A stretch of DNA of 63,865 bases, filler included. It is 5 parts of 5 records of this genome, joined end to end, with 100 filler letters (N's around TTAATTAATTAA, not from the genome) between each part and the next. Parts side by side here need not be neighbours in the genome. Positions count along the whole stretch, not along the records: positions 1 to 15,760 come from SRR20825006_1071; positions 15,861 to 36,726 come from SRR20825006_1079; 3 more parts are not named here. The stretch is one strand, 5' to 3'. The notes under the pieces were generated by a model. It was not told the DNA's origin. It was given only the letters and a program-made list of their open reading frames with translations, and searched no databases. Made by a program: the position numbers and the translations under genes. Shown one piece after another: positions 10,582 to 20,954 of the stretch; position 1 is the stretch's first letter, and every line of letters starts with the position of its first letter.

Positions 10582-10759
10582 ACCGATACGCCATCACTGG
10601 CACATGCGCCATGCAGGTCAAAGGATCTGCATAGGGCATAACACCCTCGAGCCAGCGGGTTGTCTTTGACAACTCGCTGGCTCGATCGTATGTGCTCGCT
10701 CTCGACCTGTGGCGAGCATATGCTCTTTTCCCCTCTCTCGTTTCTCCCCCAGAGGACTG

Positions 10760-11521
10760 ATGAACATCCGCGTCGAAGGACTCCAAAAGTCTTATGGCAA
10801 GGGCGAGCTGCGCGCCTCGGTCCTCGAAGACATCGCGTTCGGGATCGACCCTGGCGAGTTTGTCGCCATCATGGGCACCTCGGGCTCGGGGAAGACCACC
10901 CTGCTAAACATCATGGGAGGTCTCGATCGCGACTACCGAGGTCACGTCTCGGTAGGATCGAACGAGCTCGCAAAGCTCGACGAGAAACAACTCGCGAGGT
11001 TGCGAAACGCCAAGTTTGGCTTTGTCTTCCAGCAGTTTCACTTGCTCGATCACCTGACGAGCCTGGAAAACGTCGCCATCCCGAGGTTCTTCGACGCCGA
11101 CGCGGCGGAAGAACAGAAGGCGTTGGGGCGTGCGCGCGAGCTGCTCACCACGGTGGGCCTTGGCGAAAAGCTCGACTCCTATCCATCAGAGCTCTCGGGC
11201 GGGCAAAAGCAGCGCGTGGCGATCGCCAGAGCGCTGTTCAATCGCCCCGAGGTGATCTTTTGCGATGAACCCACAGGGAGCCTCGATCGCAGCACCGGCC
11301 TGCAAATCCTCGAGCTGTTTCAAAAGCTCAACAGAGACGAGGGCATCACGCTCATCATGGTCACCCACGAAGAGCACATCGCCAGACTCGCCACGCGCAT
11401 CATCCGCCTCGAGGACGGCGTCCTCGTCTCGGACGAGCCGAACACGCCCAAGAAACCCGCCGCCACGACGCTCGAGGTTGACGGCGCGCTGCCACAGTCG
11501 CAAACGTCAGAAGAAGAGTAA
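10760..11521 (+). CDS. ABC transporter ATP-binding protein (LolD/MacB type)
   Basis: [39 protein letters not shown] before ATG 10760. Confidence 0.93.
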   Translation: MNIRVEGLQKSYGKGELRASVLEDIAFGIDPGEFVAIMGTSGSGKTTLLNIMGGLDRDYRGHVSVGSNELAKLDEKQLARLRNAKFGFVFQQFHLLDHLTSLENVAIPRFFDADAAEEQKALGRARELLTTVGLGEKLDSYPSELSGGQKQRVAIARALFNRPEVIFCDEPTGSLDRSTGLQILELFQKLNRDEGITLIMVTHEEHIARLATRIIRLEDGVLVSDEPNTPKKPAATTLEVDGALPQSQTSEEE

Positions 11522-11526
11522 GGCTT

Positions 11527-13008
11527 ATGAACCTCCAAAAGCTCCTCCGGCTTGTCTGGCAATCGATCCGACGCTCCAAGCGCGACTTCCTCTTCTCGAG
11601 CGTGGGGATCATCATCGGCATCTCCACCCTGCTCTTCTTCACCTCGCTCGGCACCGGGATCAAGGAGACCGTGCTCGAGCGCGTGTTCGTCGTGCGCCAG
11701 CTCGAGGTGATCAAGAAGACCTATGATGTGGGCGCTTTCCAGAGCGAGGGGCTCTTTGGCGCCAAGAAGCTCGACGACTCGCTCATCGAGAAGCTGGATA
11801 AGGTCGAGGGCGTGCGCTCGGTCTACCCCAAGATGAAGCTCACGTTCCCCACCGGCGCGTTTGGCGGAAAACAACTCATCGGCAAGGACGTTCGCGGCGA
11901 ACTCGTCGCCGATGGCCTGCCCGCAGAGCTTATCTCGGACGAGGAGGTCGACCCCTCACTCGAGGTCGTCTTCAAGGATTACGAGGCGATCAGCTGCAAG
12001 CAAAAGTCCGACTGCCCCAAAGCCTACACCTGCGGCGACAAGGGCGTCTGCGTCGGCGAGCCCTGCCAGGCTCGTCGCGGCGAGGAGAGCGCGGCGTGTG
12101 AAGGCGCGGCGTACTGCCACTCGGAGCGCAAGCAGTGCATGATCCCGATTCCTGTGGTCGCGTCGCCGAAGATGCTCGAGATCTACAACGGGAGCATTCA
12201 CACCGCGCTCAGTGGTTCTTCGGGCGCGCTCTCGAAGTTGCCGAAGTTGAGCAAGAATGCGCTCGTGGGATTTGAAGCCAACGCCCTGTTCGGGCGAAGC
12301 TTCTTCCTCGGGGAGTCCGCTGGCGGACAACAGGACGTGCGCCGCATCAGGCTCGTGGGCTTTAGCGACAAGGCGATCGACCTCGGCGCGACCTTCCCCA
12401 TTGGCTACGTCAAGCGCCTGAACGCGATCCACAGCGGCCGCGAGGAAGCTGGCCGTGAATACCACGCCGTGGTCGTCGAGACCGAGAGCAACGAGGTCAC
12501 CGCCGCCGTCGCGCAGAAGATCGAGGACATGGGCTACGCGCTCTCGGACAAGTTCGAGAACGCGCAGCGCGCGAGCCTGTTGATTCTTTTGATCACGGTG
12601 ATTTTCAACCTGATCAGCGCGATTATTCTGGCGGTGGCAGCGGTCAACATCATGCATACATTCCTGATGCTTATCCTCGAGCGCCGCAGAGAGCTCGGGC
12701 TGCTGCGCGCGTTGGGAGCAACGCGCGCGCAGATCAGGATGCTGGTGTTGAGCGAGGCGACCGCGCTCGGATTGATCGGCGGCTCGCTCGGCATCGCGGT
12801 CGGGTTCGTGGCCACGAAAGCCGTGGACGCGATCTTTAACTCACAGGTGCAAGACTTCCCGTTCAAGCCAGACACGCTCTTTGGCTTTGCCCCCTGGATG
12901 TTCTTGATGTGTCTGGGCGCAGCGCTCTTCTTCTGCTGGATCGGCGCGCTGCTTCCCGCCATTCGCGCGAGCCGGATCGACCCGGCCGCGGCGCTCACCG
13001 GGCGATAA
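11527..13008 (+). CDS. FtsX/MacB-type ABC permease with cysteine-rich insert
   Basis: N-terminal TM, ERRRELGLLRALGA motif, RASRIDPAAAL C-terminus. Confidence 0.9.
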   Translation: MNLQKLLRLVWQSIRRSKRDFLFSSVGIIIGISTLLFFTSLGTGIKETVLERVFVVRQLEVIKKTYDVGAFQSEGLFGAKKLDDSLIEKLDKVEGVRSVYPKMKLTFPTGAFGGKQLIGKDVRGELVADGLPAELISDEEVDPSLEVVFKDYEAISCKQKSDCPKAYTCGDKGVCVGEPCQARRGEESAACEGAAYCHSERKQCMIPIPVVASPKMLEIYNGSIHTALSGSSGALSKLPKLSKNALVGFEANALFGRSFFLGESAGGQQDVRRIRLVGFSDKAIDLGATFPIGYVKRLNAIHSGREEAGREYHAVVVETESNEVTAAVAQKIEDMGYALSDKFENAQRASLLILLITVIFNLISAIILAVAAVNIMHTFLMLILERRRELGLLRALGATRAQIRMLVLSEATALGLIGGSLGIAVGFVATKAVDAIFNSQVQDFPFKPDTLFGFAPWMFLMCLGAALFFCWIGALLPAIRASRIDPAAALTGR

Positions 13009-13049
13009 CGCCCCTTCAAGGTGAGCAACCTCCAAGAGGGCAGTGATTC

Positions 13050-14081
13050 ATGGACATCTTGACGCAAGGGATCCTCGGCGCAGCCATCGCCGAGGCAGGC
13101 TGGCGCAAGGATCTTGGCCGAGGCGCGATCTTTGCCGGCATCTTGTTCGGGCTCGTACCCGACTTCGACGTGATCTCGGGCCTGTGGGGAGAGTGGACCT
13201 CGATGGTGCACCACCGCGGGTTCACGCACTCGATCTTCTTCGCGCCCTTGATGGCGGCGCCCGCGGGCTACCTGTTCTGGAGGATCAACAAACGGCGCGG
13301 CGAGGCGACCGCGTGGATGCATATGATCTTCTGGGTGCTGCTGACGCACCCCTTGCTCGATGTTTTTACGAGTTATGGGACGCAGCTGCTCACGCCCGTG
13401 AGTGATACGCGCTTCGCGCTCGATGGCGTCTCGATCATCGACCCGCTCTACACCTTCCCATTGATAGGCGCGCTGATCGTCGCGAGGCTCTGGCAGGATA
13501 AGCCAGACCGAGGAAGGCGCGCCGCACAAGTCATGCTGACGCTGACGACGCTGTATCTGGGGCTCGGTTATCTGGTCGCCGAGTCCACCAAGGAACAGGC
13601 GCGCGAACAGCTCGTGCAGCGCGAATATCCAAAGATCGAGCGAATGCGCGCGATGCCCACCTTTGCCAACCTGCTCCTCTGGCGCATCGTGGCAAAAGAC
13701 GAGCGCGGTGATATTCACGTCGGCCTGGTTTCGAGAGCGCAGCCCACACCGGTCCCCTTCCAGACCGTCAAGAAGCTCGAGTCGCCGCTCATCGACAAGA
13801 CGCTAAAAGATGAACGCGCTCAGATCTTTACGTGGTTCGCCAATGAGTATATCCACTACCGCATCGAGGAGAAGCCGCCGCACACGCTCGTCTACCTCGA
13901 TGACATGCGCTATGGCGGGATTCAAAAACCGGCGCAGGCGATGTGGAGCGCGCGCGCGACCTATGACGAGGAGAACAAGCTCCTCGATGTGTCACGCACG
14001 CAGCGCAGACCGCGCGATGTGGGCGCCGAGTTCGGAGAGCTCTGGCGTATGATCTGGGAAGGGACCGAACAGAAGAAGTAG
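13050..14081 (+). CDS. Membrane-bound metal-dependent hydrolase (YdjM/DUF457)
   Basis: PDFD, HRGFTHS and HPLLD motifs. Confidence 0.88.
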   Translation: MDILTQGILGAAIAEAGWRKDLGRGAIFAGILFGLVPDFDVISGLWGEWTSMVHHRGFTHSIFFAPLMAAPAGYLFWRINKRRGEATAWMHMIFWVLLTHPLLDVFTSYGTQLLTPVSDTRFALDGVSIIDPLYTFPLIGALIVARLWQDKPDRGRRAAQVMLTLTTLYLGLGYLVAESTKEQAREQLVQREYPKIERMRAMPTFANLLLWRIVAKDERGDIHVGLVSRAQPTPVPFQTVKKLESPLIDKTLKDERAQIFTWFANEYIHYRIEEKPPHTLVYLDDMRYGGIQKPAQAMWSARATYDEENKLLDVSRTQRRPRDVGAEFGELWRMIWEGTEQKK

Positions 14082-14083
14082 GT

Positions 14084-14698
14084 TCAGAACGCGAACCCGA
14101 GCGCGGTGTGGAGCGCGGGATAAATCCCGCTCGGGCCATAGCCCGCGATCGTATAGTTCAAGTACTGCACGCCAGCGCCGCCGGACAACACCAGCCGATC
14201 CTCCGGAATCCAGGTGTACCCCGCCAGAACGCTGCCATAACCTCCCATCCCGACATCGCCGCCAGCCGAAGGATGCACCTTTAGCCGCGCGACGACGCCT
14301 CTGGCTCCAACCCACAAGCCCTGCGGCGCGTTCTGCTTGAAGAAGTAGCGCGCGCCCATCTCGACGCCGATGCCGCGGTAGGGCTCGCGCTCGTCAGTGA
14401 ACACGCTGTCATAGAGGCGAAGGTGTGGCCCGGCATAGAGCGAAAACCTGTCACCCAGGCGGTGCTCGACCTGAATATGCCAGTAGCCGAGCGCGGCGGT
14501 CAGTGGATCGACCTGCACCGTCCCCCTGGCGTCGAATTTTTCATTGTCTTCGCCCTCTTCCGAGGTGGCCTCTTCGGTATCCGCCTCTTCTGCATCTACA
14601 TCTGTCTCTTCGGTTTCGGCGTCCTCGGCGAACGCGAGCGAAGAAAACGACGTGAGGCACGCGAACATCATCAGTGACCACAATGTGTGTCGAAACAT
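14084..14698 (-). CDS. Outer-membrane beta-barrel protein (DUF3575-like)
   Basis: Signal peptide, acidic linker, amphipathic strands, C-terminal GFAF; AGAGGA SD before 14698. Confidence 0.7.
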   Translation of the reverse strand: MFRHTLWSLMMFACLTSFSSLAFAEDAETEETDVDAEEADTEEATSEEGEDNEKFDARGTVQVDPLTAALGYWHIQVEHRLGDRFSLYAGPHLRLYDSVFTDEREPYRGIGVEMGARYFFKQNAPQGLWVGARGVVARLKVHPSAGGDVGMGGYGSVLAGYTWIPEDRLVLSGGAGVQYLNYTIAGYGPSGIYPALHTALGFAF

Positions 14699-14779
14699 TA
14701 AAATCATCCTCTTGAAATCATCCAGCTCTTCTGGCGCGAGCCAAAGATGCATTGCTTGCTCTTCGACCACGCGCATCAC

Positions 14780-15634
14780 TTATTTTGGCGACGCATCTTG
14801 CTTCATCTGCTCGCGGCGACGCTCCAACATCTTCTCGTGGTATCGCCCGCCCCGACCACGGTGCTCGAAGCGCCATGATGGGCTGCCCTTCTCGGTGCAC
14901 CCGAACTCGACAGGGCTGCCATGGTGGGAGCGCAGGACGGCGATGCTACAACGCCCGAGCTCGTGACAAACCGCTGTTTTGGAGCATTTCGTCTCGGGAG
15001 TGGCGACACACTCACTGGCAGGGCGCGTTTTACGGAGATCGCGGTCAAAGCCGATGCCACCGCTGACCCGGGTGCGCTTGACCTCACACCTGCCCTCGCG
15101 AGCGCAAGGGATATCACAGTCGCTATCGTCACCGACATGGCAGTCATCATTCTGAACCTGGCAACGACCTTCGCGCCAACACAACCTCGCGCAATCCTCT
15201 TCATCACGCGCGACGCATTCGCCATCCTCGCCCATGGAGCAGCGGCCATACAAACGGCAACGGCTGGAGGCTTCACAATCGCTGTCGAACTTCACCACGC
15301 AACGATCGCCATCTGCGTGGCAGTGACCTCGATCGCGGCATTTTCTGTCCTCCTGGCATGCCCTGTCCGCTTCGGTTTTGGGTGGCGCGGGCTTCTCAGC
15401 GAGCGGAGGAAAGGGAGGAGGCGTCACGCTGACAACGGGTTGCTTCTCGCCCTCGGCTTTCGCTGGAGGCGCCACCGCGCGCGAGCCCCCCGGCGCGGTC
15501 GTCGAAGTCGCCGCTGGAGCGACGGCGCGAACCTCACCGCCTCTCTCCGCGTCCGAGCGCTCGCACCCACTCGACGCGGCGAGCACACTTACTGACAGGA
15601 ACACTCTCCAGCAAAGCCACAAATCCTTTCGCAT
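14780..15634 (-). CDS. Cysteine-rich repeat lipoprotein
   Basis: SSGC lipobox-like, Pro/Ala linker, about five C..CxxxG(R/H)C repeats. Confidence 0.75.
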   Translation of the reverse strand: MRKDLWLCWRVFLSVSVLAASSGCERSDAERGGEVRAVAPAATSTTAPGGSRAVAPPAKAEGEKQPVVSVTPPPFPPLAEKPAPPKTEADRACQEDRKCRDRGHCHADGDRCVVKFDSDCEASSRCRLYGRCSMGEDGECVARDEEDCARLCWREGRCQVQNDDCHVGDDSDCDIPCAREGRCEVKRTRVSGGIGFDRDLRKTRPASECVATPETKCSKTAVCHELGRCSIAVLRSHHGSPVEFGCTEKGSPSWRFEHRGRGGRYHEKMLERRREQMKQDASPK

Positions 15635-15760
15635 CGCGCACCTCTCCCGTCAGCATATGAGTTCTCCTCACAAGGTAGGCGAAGCGAATCACCCCTGTCG
15701 ACCGGGGCGATCTATTTCCACACCGAAGCGGCGCGCAAAAAGAAGCCGCCGCCAGATTTA

Positions 15761-15860
15761 NNNNNNNNNNNNNNNNNNNNNNNNNNNNNNNNNNNNNNNN
15801 NNNNTTAATTAATTAANNNNNNNNNNNNNNNNNNNNNNNNNNNNNNNNNNNNNNNNNNNN
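15761..15860. other. Artificial contig spacer
   Basis: N-run with TTAATTAATTAA; GC content changes abruptly across it. Confidence 0.98.
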
Positions 15861-15920
15861 TCTTGTAAAATCTGTAGATCGGTTACGATAGACCTAATAT
15901 CTTAGTTAATTAGTGCGAAG

Positions 15921-15953
15921 AACCTGCTAGTATGCCAACTAGCAGGTTTTTTT
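15921..15953 (+). terminator. Intrinsic terminator
   Basis: AACCTGCTAGT-loop-ACTAGCAGGTT followed by T-run. Confidence 0.75.
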
Positions 15954-15990
15954 ATACATGTAAGTAAAGCGTTTAAAATCAGGTTTTAAA

Positions 15991-16482
15991 CTACCGTTTC
16001 ATCTCGATAACCTCCAGGTTATCAATTTTTCCTTGATCTACGGTAAAGCGCAACATCGTACGTGCCTTGTGAAATCCGTGTTTACCTATGGCTCCAGGAT
16101 TCATATGCAGCAACTTAAGTTTTTTATCAGGCATAACTTTTAAAATGTGTGAATGCCCGCATATAAATAATTTTGGAGGATTAGCGCGTAGCTCCTCTCT
16201 AATGGCTGGCGAATACCTCCCCGGATAGCCGCCTATATGAGTGATGAGGACATCTACGCCTTCGCATATAAAACGGTTATTTAACGGGAACTCTTTGCGG
16301 ATTTCGTGATCATCAATATTGCCAAAAACAGCGCGCAAAGGAGCCACTTTTTTTAAGGCATCGGTAACTGAGAGATCACCAATATCTCCGGCGTGCCAGA
16401 CCTCGTCTGCTGCTTTAGCATGCTTTAAAATTTGATCGTCTATATAGCTATGGGTATCGCTAAGTAAAAGTATTTTTTTCAT
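15991..16482 (-). CDS. YfcE-like metallophosphoesterase
   Basis: SDTH, HAGD, GNID, GHSH and NPGA motifs. Confidence 0.9.
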   Translation of the reverse strand: MKKILLLSDTHSYIDDQILKHAKAADEVWHAGDIGDLSVTDALKKVAPLRAVFGNIDDHEIRKEFPLNNRFICEGVDVLITHIGGYPGRYSPAIREELRANPPKLFICGHSHILKVMPDKKLKLLHMNPGAIGKHGFHKARTMLRFTVDQGKIDNLEVIEMKR

Positions 16483-16559
16483 AAAAACTATCCTGCTAGT
16501 GCTGCTCAGAGAGCAATTACAAAGATGTATCTTTGCCAATTCAATCACAAACAAGAGGC

Positions 16560-17324
16560 TTGCGGTATTTTATTGATATAGCATACGACGGTACTTCTTA
16601 TCACGGCTGGCAACGGCAGCCTCAAAGTATCACCGTGCAGGAGGTTCTAGAAGAAGCGTTGACCACCTTGCTACGCAGTGAAGTTGCGGTGGTGGGTGCA
16701 GGACGCACAGACGCCGGAGTACACGCCACACAGTTATTTGCTCATTTTGATTGGGATGAAAACTTTTCTACGGAAGCGCTTCAGCATTTGCAATTTCGTT
16801 TAAATCGTTTTTTACCTGAAGCTCTCGCGATTAATGCTGTGTTTCCCGTTCAATCCGAAGCACATGCACGATTTGATGCTGTTCGCCGAAGTTATGAGTA
16901 TAAAATCCATACGACTAAGAATCCATTTTTGGTCAATCAATCGTATTTCTTTGAGAAGTCGTTAGATGTTGATGCGATGAATGCTGCGGCCCAACTGCTT
17001 TTAGGGAAACAAGATTTTAAGTGCTTCAGCCGTTCAAAAACAGACGTTAAAACGTACATTTGCGAGATTACCGAAGCAGGTTGGACGCAAGAAAACACAA
17101 ATCTTAAGTTTACCATTTCGGCAGATCGTTTTCTGCGCAATATGGTCAGAGCGATTGTGGGAACCTTGCTTGAAATAGGGCAGGGCAAAATGGAGCCGGA
17201 AGCATTAAAGACTATAATTGCCAGCAGGTCACGTGCACAAGCCGGAGCCTCGGCACCGGCACACGGATTATATTTGACTGAAGTAGCCTACCCAAAAGAA
17301 ATTTTTAAAATATATGGCGAGTAG
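16560..17324 (+). CDS. truA: tRNA pseudouridine(38-40) synthase
   Basis: YDGT.YHGWQ, GRTDAGVHA, FLRNMVR; TTG start downstream of TATCTTTG -7 element at 16528. Confidence 0.95.
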   Translation: MRYFIDIAYDGTSYHGWQRQPQSITVQEVLEEALTTLLRSEVAVVGAGRTDAGVHATQLFAHFDWDENFSTEALQHLQFRLNRFLPEALAINAVFPVQSEAHARFDAVRRSYEYKIHTTKNPFLVNQSYFFEKSLDVDAMNAAAQLLLGKQDFKCFSRSKTDVKTYICEITEAGWTQENTNLKFTISADRFLRNMVRAIVGTLLEIGQGKMEPEALKTIIASRSRAQAGASAPAHGLYLTEVAYPKEIFKIYGE

Positions 17325-19083
17325 TAAAGGAAATGCATTTGATTTTGGCTTGTTTAAAAAGCTGTTAAGCTATACGAAGCCCTATCAGGCACGCATGTAT
17401 TTTGTCGCGATTTCCGCGATTTTGATCTCGATTTTTGCCGTGCTCAGGCCCATTTACATCGAGTATGCGATGGATGAGGGGATGCAGCCTAAAGATATGG
17501 ACAGTCTGATGTATTACATCGGGCTGAGCTTGTTAGTTCTTTTTGGGGAATCTATTTTTCAATTGCTGTTTATCTACTTTGCAAACTGGCTGGGGCAACA
17601 AGTGGTGCTTGATATTCGTACCAAGCTGTTCAAGCATATGATTTACTTCAAAATGCAGTATTATGATAAATCTGCAGTAGGTAGACTGGTGACCCGCGCC
17701 GTAAATGATATAGAAACCATTGCAAGTATTTTTAGCCAAGGGCTATTTATGATCATTAGTGATTTGCTGAAAATGCTGGTAATAGCCGGTGTGATGCTCT
17801 ATAAAAGCTGGCAATTATCGCTAATTGTTTTTGCGATACTTCCTTTTATTCTATATGCTACACGGGTCTTTCAGCAGAAAATGAAAGTAGCTTTTGAAGA
17901 AGTGCGTACTCAGGTAGCAAACCTCAATTCGTTTGTGCAAGAGCGCGTAACCGGAATGAAAATCGTGCAGATTTTTTCACGCGAAGCAGTTGAGCGTAAG
18001 AAGTTTGACGAGATCAATAAAAAGCATATGACCGCGTGGAATAAAACCGTTTGGTACAATTCCATCTTTTTTCCAATTGCTGAAATGGTCACTTCAATAA
18101 CCATTGGTTTACTGGTATGGTATGGCGGATTGCGTGCAGCTCAGAGTGATGTCATCACCATTGGTCTGGTAACGGCATTCATTCAGTTTTCGCAAATGCT
18201 GTTTACTCCTTTACGCCAAATCGCAGATAAGTTCAATACGCTGCAAATGGGAATGGTCGCTGCGAATAGAGTTTTTGGTATTTTAGATACTGATGCCCGA
18301 ATAGAAGATAATGGAACACACTTGTTGTGTGGTATTAAAGGAGATCTGAGTTTTGAAAATGTGCGATTCAGTTATATTGACGGTGAAGAGGTTTTACGCG
18401 GAATTAATCTTGAAGTAAAGGCAGGGGAAACCGTAGCTATCGTGGGCTCTACAGGTGCCGGAAAATCTACAATCATCAATCTCTTAGGTAGGTTTTACGA
18501 GATTGACAGTGGAACAATTAAAATCGATGGTGTTGATATTAGTGATGTACAAGTGGCATCGCTACGTTCAGAAATTGCGGTGGTCTTACAAGATGTATTC
18601 TTATTTGCAGATTCTATTTTAAACAACATCACGCTTAATAATCCTGATATCACAGAAGAAGATGTAATCACTGCGGCTAAGGCCATTGGCGTAGACCAAT
18701 TTATAAGCAGTTTGCCTAACGGCTATCATTATAATGTGAAAGAGCGCGGTGCGATGTTATCAAGTGGGCAACGCCAATTAATCGCCTTCTTAAGAGCATA
18801 TGTAAGTGACCCGAGTATTCTTGTTCTGGATGAAGCGACATCTTCAGTTGATTCTAATAGTGAATATTTGATTCAGAAAGCGATCAATAAGATCACTAAA
18901 GGGCGTACTTCTATAGTTATTGCGCACCGCCTTGCAACCATTAAAAAAGCTGATAAGATCATCGTGATGGAAAAAGGCCAGATCGTTGAAATGGGAAGTC
19001 ACAAAGAGCTTTTACAAGTAGAGAACGGTCATTATCGCAAACTTCACGAAGTACAGTTTGCAGCAAATCAAGAACCGGCTTAA
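17314..19083 (+). CDS. ABC exporter, fused TMD and ATPase (MsbA/MdlB-like)
   Basis: Six TM segments, GSTGAGKS, LSSGQRQ, DEATS. Confidence 0.93.
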   Translation: MASSKGNAFDFGLFKKLLSYTKPYQARMYFVAISAILISIFAVLRPIYIEYAMDEGMQPKDMDSLMYYIGLSLLVLFGESIFQLLFIYFANWLGQQVVLDIRTKLFKHMIYFKMQYYDKSAVGRLVTRAVNDIETIASIFSQGLFMIISDLLKMLVIAGVMLYKSWQLSLIVFAILPFILYATRVFQQKMKVAFEEVRTQVANLNSFVQERVTGMKIVQIFSREAVERKKFDEINKKHMTAWNKTVWYNSIFFPIAEMVTSITIGLLVWYGGLRAAQSDVITIGLVTAFIQFSQMLFTPLRQIADKFNTLQMGMVAANRVFGILDTDARIEDNGTHLLCGIKGDLSFENVRFSYIDGEEVLRGINLEVKAGETVAIVGSTGAGKSTIINLLGRFYEIDSGTIKIDGVDISDVQVASLRSEIAVVLQDVFLFADSILNNITLNNPDITEEDVITAAKAIGVDQFISSLPNGYHYNVKERGAMLSSGQRQLIAFLRAYVSDPSILVLDEATSSVDSNSEYLIQKAINKITKGRTSIVIAHRLATIKKADKIIVMEKGQIVEMGSHKELLQVENGHYRKLHEVQFAANQEPA

Positions 19084-19928
19084 ATTTTAGCAGACTGGGC
19101 GTTTTGCATGTTTTCTAACATTTCATCAATCATACCTAGTTTTACCATTACAATGCCGATCACGATTCCTAGTATGAGCAGTAAGACACTTCCTATAAGT
19201 AGAAATAAGGAAGTTTTTAAAATCAGGCTTGCAGCGTTTAGGTTATATAGTCTTTTCAATACATATCCCGTATAGATAATATAACCGAACATACCCACTA
19301 AACTAAAAAAGGAATATAGCGGAGCCGACCAGATGCTGAGTATGATTAAGGCATAGAAAATTATATTGATATGACTAAATGCATACAGGTAAATGACTAC
19401 GTGCTCTAAGTAGTTAAACTGATTGTAATTCCAAAATACTATCCGGGAGATTAAAGCTAATAGTGGTATGCTGATGATGCTTAATAAGCCTTGATACTCA
19501 TTCATTCCTACAGTAATTTTTTTAGTAAGATCTATCTGAGCCTGATCTGAACCTGACGACAACGCCAACTGATCAAAAAGCGTATCTAGAAAATATTCTT
19601 TGATAACAAAGACGTAGATACCGGCAATAGTAAGCGATAATGCAAAATAGCCAAAGGCAGAAATGTATCTTTTACGCACCCCATTAATGTAGCCGCCTAT
19701 GACATCTTCCGGTTTTGTAAAAAGCGCTATAAACGTTTTAGGTAAAGCCCCGTCAATACTAAGAAATCGATCATTAAAATCCTCAAGAAGATTTTTTGTT
19801 GTGATTCGGTTTTTAATGATTTTCGCTCCGCAATTCTCGCAAAAAGCGGCGTTAGGGGCTAAGTTTTTAAAGCAATTACGGCAATAGCTAACGACGACGA
19901 GTTTGCTGTCAGAGGGTTTGGTTTCCAT
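19080..19928 (-). CDS. DUF3667-like membrane protein with N-terminal zinc ribbon
   Basis: CRNC..CENCG followed by YINGVRKRY and multiple TM helices. Confidence 0.8.
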   Translation of the reverse strand: METKPSDSKLVVVSYCRNCFKNLAPNAAFCENCGAKIIKNRITTKNLLEDFNDRFLSIDGALPKTFIALFTKPEDVIGGYINGVRKRYISAFGYFALSLTIAGIYVFVIKEYFLDTLFDQLALSSGSDQAQIDLTKKITVGMNEYQGLLSIISIPLLALISRIVFWNYNQFNYLEHVVIYLYAFSHINIIFYALIILSIWSAPLYSFFSLVGMFGYIIYTGYVLKRLYNLNAASLILKTSLFLLIGSVLLLILGIVIGIVMVKLGMIDEMLENMQNAQSAKI

Positions 19929-19934
19929 AAGAAT

Positions 19935-20717
19935 TTAACTAAGATCCTTTCTCAAAATCTCAATAAGTTCGGTCAAGTTTTTAAACAAAACAAATTCGCC
20001 ATCCTTTAAATAACTGATGTTGCCGGTTTCTTCACTGACCACAAGAGCAACAGCATCTGTTTTTTCAGTAATTCCTACTGCCGCCCGGTGGCGTAAACCA
20101 AAACGCAACGGGATGTTTCTTTCATTGGATACAGGTAAAATAGCCCGGGTGGCCACAATAGTATTGTCTTCGATGATTACAGCGCCATCGTGTAAAGTTG
20201 AATTTTTAAAGAAAATACTTTCTAAAATAGGTCTGTTAACTTCAATATTCATTTGGTCGCCTGTTTGCTTCACAAAGTCTAAATGCGTTGTGCGCTGAAT
20301 GACAATGAGAGCGCCGGTGCGAACTTTACCCATTTTATCGCAGGCATCTATGATCTCTTCTACTTTAGTTTTAGAAGAGTCCTGGGCTTCATCGTGAAGA
20401 AATTTAAAGTGTTTGAGGATTCCGGTTTTTCTACCAATATTAGTAGAGCCTATCATCAGGAGAAACTTGCGTATTTCTTGTTGAAAAACAACAATGAGGG
20501 CAAACATTCCGGCACCAATAAATTGCCCGAGAATTGTACTTAACATTTCCATCTGAAGCAATTGTGTGATTTTCCACATTACCCAGATGATACAAATTCC
20601 TAAAAATATATTGATGGCGACGGTCCCCTTGACTAATTTATACAAGTAATAGAGCAGGGTGGCTACCAATAAAATATCGACGAGATCGAGTATTCTAAAA
20701 TTTTCGAGAATGTCCAA
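19935..20717 (-). CDS. dacA: Diadenylate cyclase
   Basis: Three N-terminal TMs, HDGA and GLRHRAA motifs. Confidence 0.93.
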   Translation of the reverse strand: MDILENFRILDLVDILLVATLLYYLYKLVKGTVAINIFLGICIIWVMWKITQLLQMEMLSTILGQFIGAGMFALIVVFQQEIRKFLLMIGSTNIGRKTGILKHFKFLHDEAQDSSKTKVEEIIDACDKMGKVRTGALIVIQRTTHLDFVKQTGDQMNIEVNRPILESIFFKNSTLHDGAVIIEDNTIVATRAILPVSNERNIPLRFGLRHRAAVGITEKTDAVALVVSEETGNISYLKDGEFVLFKNLTELIEILRKDLS

Positions 20718-20825
20718 ATGCGCGCTGTTTTTTGTAAAAATAGGGCAAAATCTGCGGTTTTTTTAGTTAAACCTATGGAGATTCTAGAGGTACTCCTACA
20801 TAAATTGATCAAGCAAAATCCAAAT

Positions 20826-20870
20826 AACTACAAAAATAGTTGGTTAACTAGTTTTTTCGTTATATGTTTG
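20826..20870 (+). promoter_or_regulatory. Putative tandem BlaI-family operators plus Bacteroidota -7 element
   Basis: AACTA-N6-TAGTT (20826-41), AACTA-N6-TCGTT (20846-61), then TATGTTTG. Confidence 0.6.
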
Positions 20871-20954
20871 TTTTAAGATTTTGATTAAATTCTATGTGCT
20901 TTTAATCAGTAGGTTATCTAAAGCTGACTTGATTAAACCAAAAATTATAGCCTT

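Noticed and set aside
10598-10615. Sigma-54 promoter TGGCAC... before the ABC ATPase
   Set aside because: The GC is 2 nt off the required -24/-12 spacing.
19935-20717. Cyclic-nucleotide anti-phage (CBASS-like) system
   Set aside because: It is an ordinary membrane CdaA-type cyclase with no effector genes adjacent.
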